In this document: positions 58,823 through 64,000 of the stretch, one piece after another
Layout of the letters: each line of letters begins with the position of its first letter
Numbering within the stretch: the stretch's first letter is position 1
Virus record (IMG/VR): IMGVR_UViG_3300042564_002458
Location: 32,001 to 96,000 of that record
Length of the DNA stretch: 64,000 nt
Origin: a virus
Direction: 5' to 3' (one strand)
The notes under the pieces: generated by a model
Databases searched by the model: none
The model's input: only the letters and a program-made list of their open reading frames with translations
Told to the model about the DNA's origin: nothing
Position numbers and translations under genes: made by a program

Positions 58823-59001
58823 TGCTATACTTTGATTACACATGGAATTTGAGTGACAACGGAATTGTCTTAGACCAAGAACTTGATGCATATAAACTAG
58901 GATGGAAAGAAGGTGACTTGTTTAAGTTTGTAGACATTGACGGCAAGCGACAATTAGTCAAACTGGATCCCGTAGAAAAGTTTATAAAAGGATACGAATA
59001 A
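58822..59001 (+). CDS. small hypothetical protein (59 aa)
   Basis: TAATG couplings both sides; LGWKEGD. Confidence 0.65.
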   Translation: MLYFDYTWNLSDNGIVLDQELDAYKLGWKEGDLFKFVDIDGKRQLVKLDPVEKFIKGYE

Positions 59002-59306
59002 TGGATAACATATCAGATTTAATTAGCAAGTACGGATTTCCTATTGTAGCAGCAGTAGGAATGGGCATGATGATAAAGTATGTGTGGACCTGGGCCACTA
59101 CAGAAATCAAACCTGTCATTAGTGATGCCAACACAGTGCTTATTGCTCTTATTGATCGTATACGTATGTTAGACAACGATCTGATCCGATTGAATCAAAA
59201 GGTCAATACTGTATTGCATCTACGTGGCAAGACCATTGAACACGAACGTGTAGAAGCCGAAGCAGACATCAATCAAAAGACCACCGAAATCAAGGAAAAA
59301 AAATGA
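59001..59306 (+). CDS. small membrane protein, paralogue of 58541-58822
   Basis: YGFPIVAA, ALIDRIRMLDND. Confidence 0.75.
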   Translation: MDNISDLISKYGFPIVAAVGMGMMIKYVWTWATTEIKPVISDANTVLIALIDRIRMLDNDLIRLNQKVNTVLHLRGKTIEHERVEAEADINQKTTEIKEKK

Positions 59307-59644
59307 AACAGTTTCTAGCTGTTGCTGTACTAATAGTGTTAACTGGATGCAGTCTGCTGCCAAGAGCACATGATCCAGTGATGTTTGATCAGTTAATTAC
59401 AGTAGATATTACCATAAAGAAAGTTGATTGTAATAATCCAGATTGGAAAATAGCATTGATTCAAACTCAACACTTATCTCAATATACTACTTGGAGAAAT
59501 GATCCTCAATCGTCCAATCTTAATGGTTTGTATTTACATGTAGAGAAAATGAGTGAAGGTGGATCAAAAACTTTTTGTGAAATAGGTAAAAAAACTGCAG
59601 CTGGTAGAATTTTAGCAACCAAAACGGCCTGGGAGGGTAGATGA
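59303..59644 (+). CDS. lipoprotein
   Basis: lipobox LTGC. Confidence 0.75.
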   Translation: MKQFLAVAVLIVLTGCSLLPRAHDPVMFDQLITVDITIKKVDCNNPDWKIALIQTQHLSQYTTWRNDPQSSNLNGLYLHVEKMSEGGSKTFCEIGKKTAAGRILATKTAWEGR

Positions 59645-59883
59645 TGCAATCAATTGATATACTAGAACAACTTAAAGTAGTAGATCCCATATTCATTGAT
59701 ATTGCTATAGAAATGCAATCAATTGAAGATGCTTATGCTAAGGGTGAATTATCATTAGATGAACGTCTACACTTAATAAATGAAATACGTGATATTCGTG
59801 CAGCACAATGTTGTGCTGGGAATGAAATAGCAATTAGACATCTAGTTCAAGTTTGTAACTTAATAGCCAGTATTATTAAATAA
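59641..59883 (+). CDS. hypothetical protein
   Basis: ATGA overlap. Confidence 0.65.
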   Translation: MMQSIDILEQLKVVDPIFIDIAIEMQSIEDAYAKGELSLDERLHLINEIRDIRAAQCCAGNEIAIRHLVQVCNLIASIIK

Positions 59884-59907
59884 TTGTAAATAATCATAAA
59901 TATTTTT

Positions 59908-60105
59908 ATGATTATTATTGTTGGTTGGAATCAAGTTGATGAAATTAGTCATTGGTGTTCTGAAAACGTGGGGTATTTGATTTGGACTAACAATATCTCA
60001 GATTGGATAGGACATGGATGGTATGTGTCTCGTGTTTCAAACGGATTAAAATTAAGAATTGATAATGAAGAAAAGCGACTATTAGCCGCTTTACTTTGGA
60101 CTTAA
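59908..60105 (+). CDS. KW-terminal family protein (distant outlier)
   Basis: HWCSENVG..GHGW..IDNEEKRLLAALLWT. Confidence 0.7.
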   Translation: MIIIVGWNQVDEISHWCSENVGYLIWTNNISDWIGHGWYVSRVSNGLKLRIDNEEKRLLAALLWT

Positions 60106-62160
60106 TTACTTGCTTGTTGCCCTATATGTTCCGTCCCAATCTCTTGGTAAATTGGACATTTTCATTTCATAACATCTTTTTTTCCAAATAGTATAATATT
60201 CATTCATTTGTCCATCAAATTCACCCATTAAACTATCACATAAAAATATAGCGTGTTCAAATTCTTGTTTACGATATGCAACTAACATTTCTTCATGATC
60301 TTTACGACCAATTTCATATTCACCATGAGCACCTGGATATAATTCTAATACAGTATAAATCGTAACTCCTAATGTCTTACCTTTAACTGCGATACAATCT
60401 AACTCTAATACAAAATAATCATCTTTTACATATTCAGCAGTTTTTGGACCAAGTACGATTTTGACGCCGTACGGTTTACTCTGGCCTTCCAATCTTGAAG
60501 CCAAATTGACGCCATCACCAAGACAAGTATAGTCAAAACGCTGATCACTTCCCATGTTACCAACCACAACGGTGTCAGTATTAATGCCAAGACCCATACC
60601 AAAAGCCGGTACACCTTCTGCTGTAACTTCTTTATTAAATTCATCTAAACTTCCCATCATTTCTAAACCTGTTTTGACAGCTAACTTGGCATGATCCACA
60701 TTGTTAATAGGTGCATTCCAAAATGCCATCTGAGCATCACCAATATATTTGTCTAATGTACCATTGTTTTCTAATATTTTCTTTGTCATAGCAGTCATAT
60801 AACGATTCATAATCTTAGTTAAACCTTGTACATCACGACCATAATGTTCACTAATAGCGGTAAATCCACGAACATCAGTAAACATAATTGTAAGCTCTTG
60901 TTCATCTCCACCTAGTCTTAATAATTCTGGTTGTCTTTGTAATTTGGCTACTAAATCAGGTGATAGATAACTACCAAATTGTTTCTTGATTTGTTGTTTC
61001 TGTAAGAATTCACTTACAAACTTAATTCCATAAGCATGAAGAAGAACCAGAATAAGACCAACAACGATGATAGTGCTATCCAAAAGCCAATGATACATAT
61101 CATACAAATACATGCTACCATAAATAGTACCGCCGAGAAAAATAATGCTAGTGATAATCCCAACATAAATCCACCTTGTTAAAAATAGTAATAATAAACC
61201 TAATATTAATAATACTAAAATCTCTAACCCATCAGCATAATATGGACGTTCAATATTAACTTGATTAACTAATGTACCAATAACTGCAGCTTGTACATAA
61301 TGTGGGAACTGAGCACCAATTGCAGTAGGTACTGGATTACTTATTCCGGCGGCAGTTGGTCCAATAATAACAATAGCATCATCTAATTTTTCTGGTAAAT
61401 TTAATAAATTTACACTTTGTGGAGTTTGACTCCAATCAATCCATATACGTCCAAAATTGTCAGTAGTAATCGGACCAAATTTTGGTATACGCATTTTTTC
61501 TACACCCAATTCATTTAATTTAACTTGAAATGTAGTATCATCTGATGCTACACGTAATACTTCCATGGCTAAACTTGGATATAGTTTATCATCTACTGTA
61601 ATTATCAATGGTAAACGACGATTAACACCATCAATTTCCGGCAAGGTATTAACTGTACCTATACCCGCCGCAGCATTTTCTAATATAGATACATTGGAAA
61701 TAATACCAGAATATTTAATGATACGATCTAAATATTCTGTATTCAATACGGCTGATCCTGGATTTCTTGGTGTGTTTTTAGTTTTTTGTGATGGCACATT
61801 AACCAATACAACTGGGAATTCTGTCAATGTTTTAGATAATTTAGTATCACCATTTTGTCTATCTTTTTCTGACATTAATACATTTAGTACTACTAGACCA
61901 GCGCCACGTTTGTATAAGTCACGTATGATATCTGAGTATATAGCTCGATCAAGTGGCCATTGACCATATTTCTCTAGAGTATCTTCATCAATATTGACTG
62001 TGTAAATGTTTAATGATTTTGTAGGTTGACTGGTGATTAGTTGATCAAAATATCTGAGACGAACTGATTCTACAAATGAATAATCAGCAACACGTATACC
62101 AACAATCAGTGCTAGTGTTAGTAATGCTGTCCATGGTGATAGTATAATACGTTTAATCAT
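60106..62160 (-). CDS. CHASE2-domain class III adenylate/guanylate cyclase
   Basis: IDE..GQWP (CHASE2), DG..RR, 3 TMs, FTDVRGFT, DKYIGDA, GIGIN-like GLGINTD, GD.VNLASRLE, VKGK. Confidence 0.93.
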   Translation of the reverse strand: MIKRIILSPWTALLTLALIVGIRVADYSFVESVRLRYFDQLITSQPTKSLNIYTVNIDEDTLEKYGQWPLDRAIYSDIIRDLYKRGAGLVVLNVLMSEKDRQNGDTKLSKTLTEFPVVLVNVPSQKTKNTPRNPGSAVLNTEYLDRIIKYSGIISNVSILENAAAGIGTVNTLPEIDGVNRRLPLIITVDDKLYPSLAMEVLRVASDDTTFQVKLNELGVEKMRIPKFGPITTDNFGRIWIDWSQTPQSVNLLNLPEKLDDAIVIIGPTAAGISNPVPTAIGAQFPHYVQAAVIGTLVNQVNIERPYYADGLEILVLLILGLLLLFLTRWIYVGIITSIIFLGGTIYGSMYLYDMYHWLLDSTIIVVGLILVLLHAYGIKFVSEFLQKQQIKKQFGSYLSPDLVAKLQRQPELLRLGGDEQELTIMFTDVRGFTAISEHYGRDVQGLTKIMNRYMTAMTKKILENNGTLDKYIGDAQMAFWNAPINNVDHAKLAVKTGLEMMGSLDEFNKEVTAEGVPAFGMGLGINTDTVVVGNMGSDQRFDYTCLGDGVNLASRLEGQSKPYGVKIVLGPKTAEYVKDDYFVLELDCIAVKGKTLGVTIYTVLELYPGAHGEYEIGRKDHEEMLVAYRKQEFEHAIFLCDSLMGEFDGQMNEYYTIWKKRCYEMKMSNLPRDWDGTYRATSK

Positions 62161-62804
62161 TATCTATTTGTTAGTGCCTTTTTGTCAAAAACTGGATCAC
62201 TGAAAACAATCACTTGACCACGCATCATGATATTTTCATCATGAAGATCAGGACGAAATCCTGGTCGCATAACAACTTCATATACAATATCTAATGCAGA
62301 AATAAAATCAGGATATTTCTTGCAGTATTCAATAAAGGGAATAAAGCGTGAACTCCAGTTATCTTCTTTTCTAGCAATAACTTCACTTGGAGATATTCTT
62401 TCAATTGTTGCAATTTCTATTATAGCATTCATTGGTTTCAACATCATGTATGCATCTTCGGAAATACGAGTCAATTTCTCTGTACGAATAGCCACTACGC
62501 CAGGAACAATACGCACGACTCGTGGACTGACAAAATGTGGCATATGTGGATTATCTTTGTGTTGAATAGACGCTTTGATCCATTCAATATAGGCAATATC
62601 TGTATCAGAAAATACTTTTAGTACATATGATAGTTGATAATTATCCCATACCGTACCGAATGATCCAGAACCTAATGGTCTGAATCCATTGTCATACAAC
62701 ACTTTGTGCCATTCTAGACCAAGTGGGTACTCAGCAACTTTACGAGGATTTTGTGGCAAGTTTTTGATTTTATTTTTGATGCCAACTAGTTCTGTAATTT
62801 TCAT
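62160..62804 (-). CDS. protein kinase-like (ePK fold) protein
   Basis: LGSGSFGTVW, VLK, DLHDENIM, FSDP. Confidence 0.8.
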   Translation of the reverse strand: MKITELVGIKNKIKNLPQNPRKVAEYPLGLEWHKVLYDNGFRPLGSGSFGTVWDNYQLSYVLKVFSDTDIAYIEWIKASIQHKDNPHMPHFVSPRVVRIVPGVVAIRTEKLTRISEDAYMMLKPMNAIIEIATIERISPSEVIARKEDNWSSRFIPFIEYCKKYPDFISALDIVYEVVMRPGFRPDLHDENIMMRGQVIVFSDPVFDKKALTNR

Positions 62805-63352
62805 CTTAGTTTAGGATTTCCAAATACTGATTCAGTAATAATATTATCAGGTAATTCTCGTTTATATGTCCCATTATCTATCATATGTAGATTAGGATCA
62901 TTGAATAATTTTTGTAAAAATTGTTGATCTGAAATTGGAGTTAAACCACGCTTTAATAATACATTTCGTAACGAATCAGATGATTCAATCCACCAACCTG
63001 ATTTTGTCAATAATTGTGTTAATTTTTCTAATGATTTATCTTTACTTGCGCGACTACCATCATGTCCTAAACCTTGTATTTTGTATCCAGTCCACGTTTC
63101 ATTTGATCGTGCGGGTCGATAGAATATAGCACAATCTACGTCTGGATCTTTGTCAAAATCAACAATAGCCCAGTCACTGGGTAACAGATTACTGATATTA
63201 TTGACAAAACTTCCCTGTGGGGTATTCTTATAGGCAGTTTGAACAAGAGAAATTAGATCGTCACTTACTTCTGTTTTAGCATCGTTGGAAATATCTAATT
63301 CCCAACGATTTTTGGTAAGTTTGATTTCATATAATAATTCATGTATTTTCAT
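62801..63352 (-). CDS. hypothetical late protein
   Basis: GATAAATA upstream; MKIHELL N-terminus. Confidence 0.7.
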   Translation of the reverse strand: MKIHELLYEIKLTKNRWELDISNDAKTEVSDDLISLVQTAYKNTPQGSFVNNISNLLPSDWAIVDFDKDPDVDCAIFYRPARSNETWTGYKIQGLGHDGSRASKDKSLEKLTQLLTKSGWWIESSDSLRNVLLKRGLTPISDQQFLQKLFNDPNLHMIDNGTYKRELPDNIITESVFGNPKLR

Positions 63353-63413
63353 ACATATATTTATCGTTTTTGCTGGTTACGAGTTCCAGCGTGTACTCTA
63401 TCTTGTACCCGGT

Positions 63414-64000
63414 TTATTTTGCGATTTGTGACCAAACTTTATTACGAATCTGATCAGTTAGTGTGTCAGGAAGTGCTACATAGTCCAATTCTGATGCCAA
63501 GGCCTTACCGTTCTTGAATGACCAATCAAAAAACTTGATGACTTCTGCTGTGGCTTTGGGATCAGCAGGTTTAGCATAGATCAAGATAAAACTGGCACCA
63601 GCAATGGGCCAACTCTTGACACCTGTAGCATCAATAATACTAATACCCATGCCTGGTTTGCTGAACCAGTCGGCATCAGCTGCGGCTGCAGCAAACGATT
63701 CTTCGTTAGGGTTTACATAGTGTCCGTCACGATTTTGCAATTGAAGATGTTTGATATTGTTCTTTTTAGCGTAGGCATATTCCACATAACCGATGGCACC
63801 TTTAACTCGCGTCACATTAGCAGCAACACCTTCGTTGCCTTTACCACCAACTGAACTGGCTGCGGGCCATTTAACAGCATTGCCTTTACCAATCTTGTCT
63901 GCCCAGTCCTTAGATACTGTGGCAAGATAGTCCGTAAAGTGATAAGTTGTTCCGGATCCGTCAGCACGATGTACCACTGTGATGTTTTGATTGGGCAACT
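63414..64000 (-). CDS. pstS: phosphate-binding protein PstS (5'-truncated by window)
   Basis: VHRADGSGTT, GGKGNEGVA, GAIGYVEYAYA, WPI...FIL, LDYVALP. Confidence 0.93.
   Translation of the reverse strand, partial: LPNQNITVVHRADGSGTTYHFTDYLATVSKDWADKIGKGNAVKWPAASSVGGKGNEGVAANVTRVKGAIGYVEYAYAKKNNIKHLQLQNRDGHYVNPNEESFAAAAADADWFSKPGMGISIIDATGVKSWPIAGASFILIYAKPADPKATAEVIKFFDWSFKNGKALASELDYVALPDTLTDQIRNKVWSQIAK

Noticed and set aside
687-63129. Numerous antisense/alternate-frame ORFs in the track (e.g. 687-1022, 4080-4505, 9779-10141, 16145-16627, 40722-41048, 61565-61963)
   Set aside because: They shadow well-supported genes, lack SD/promoter context and show no recognisable motifs.
63372-63413. 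Twister ribozyme (GGTTACGAG resembles its L4 loop)
   Set aside because: Required partner GUAA/GAG and cleavage-site architecture could not be found.
1-64000. Stop-codon reassignment, as in some huge phages
   Set aside because: Known genes are full length in code 11, and TAG, TGA and TAA all terminate genes at expected positions (e.g. infA TAG, hsp20 TGA).
1-64000. tRNA/rRNA/tmRNA genes
   Set aside because: Intergenic gaps are short and no cloverleaf with T-loop GTTCRA was recognised by eye; tRNAscan-SE/ARAGORN would be decisive.

Overview
AT-rich, densely coding 64-kb segment of a large T4-like (myovirus/'huge') phage, read with standard code 11. The host is probably Gram-negative and betaproteobacterial, inferred from the spanins, a Burkholderiales-type porin, OmpA, and DnaK/IscU sequences. 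Recognisable genes: ATP-dependent DNA ligase, S8 protease, a triple-repeat tail/baseplate fibre, a lysis cassette (3TM holin, GH19 endolysin, Rz/Rz1-like spanins) and many host-derived genes (dnaK, hsp20, clpX, two clpP, clpS, yccA/BI-1, def, infA, rpsU, iscU, iscA, erpA, dadA, galE-like, dCMP deaminase, porin, ompA, pstS, CHASE2 adenylate cyclase). No tRNA, rRNA, CRISPR array or transposase was recognised. The most unusual signals are three apparently modular systems with DNA-level conserved junctions. (1) An 11-gene tandem array of small, highly divergent paralogues ending F-x-L-K-W-S, whose terminal codons supply the next gene's start. (2) A putative head-packaged polyprotein whose unrelated modules are separated by an identical GC-rich 13-mer encoding GVAE. 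(3) A mosaic MNE..KFAELI..HFGVEE family with swapped halves. Also seen: a shared ROSE-like leader on dnaK and hsp20, an H-type pseudoknot leader, palindrome-plus-sigma70 promoter cassettes and apparently leaderless late genes. All family assignments come from motif recognition by eye; no database searches were run.
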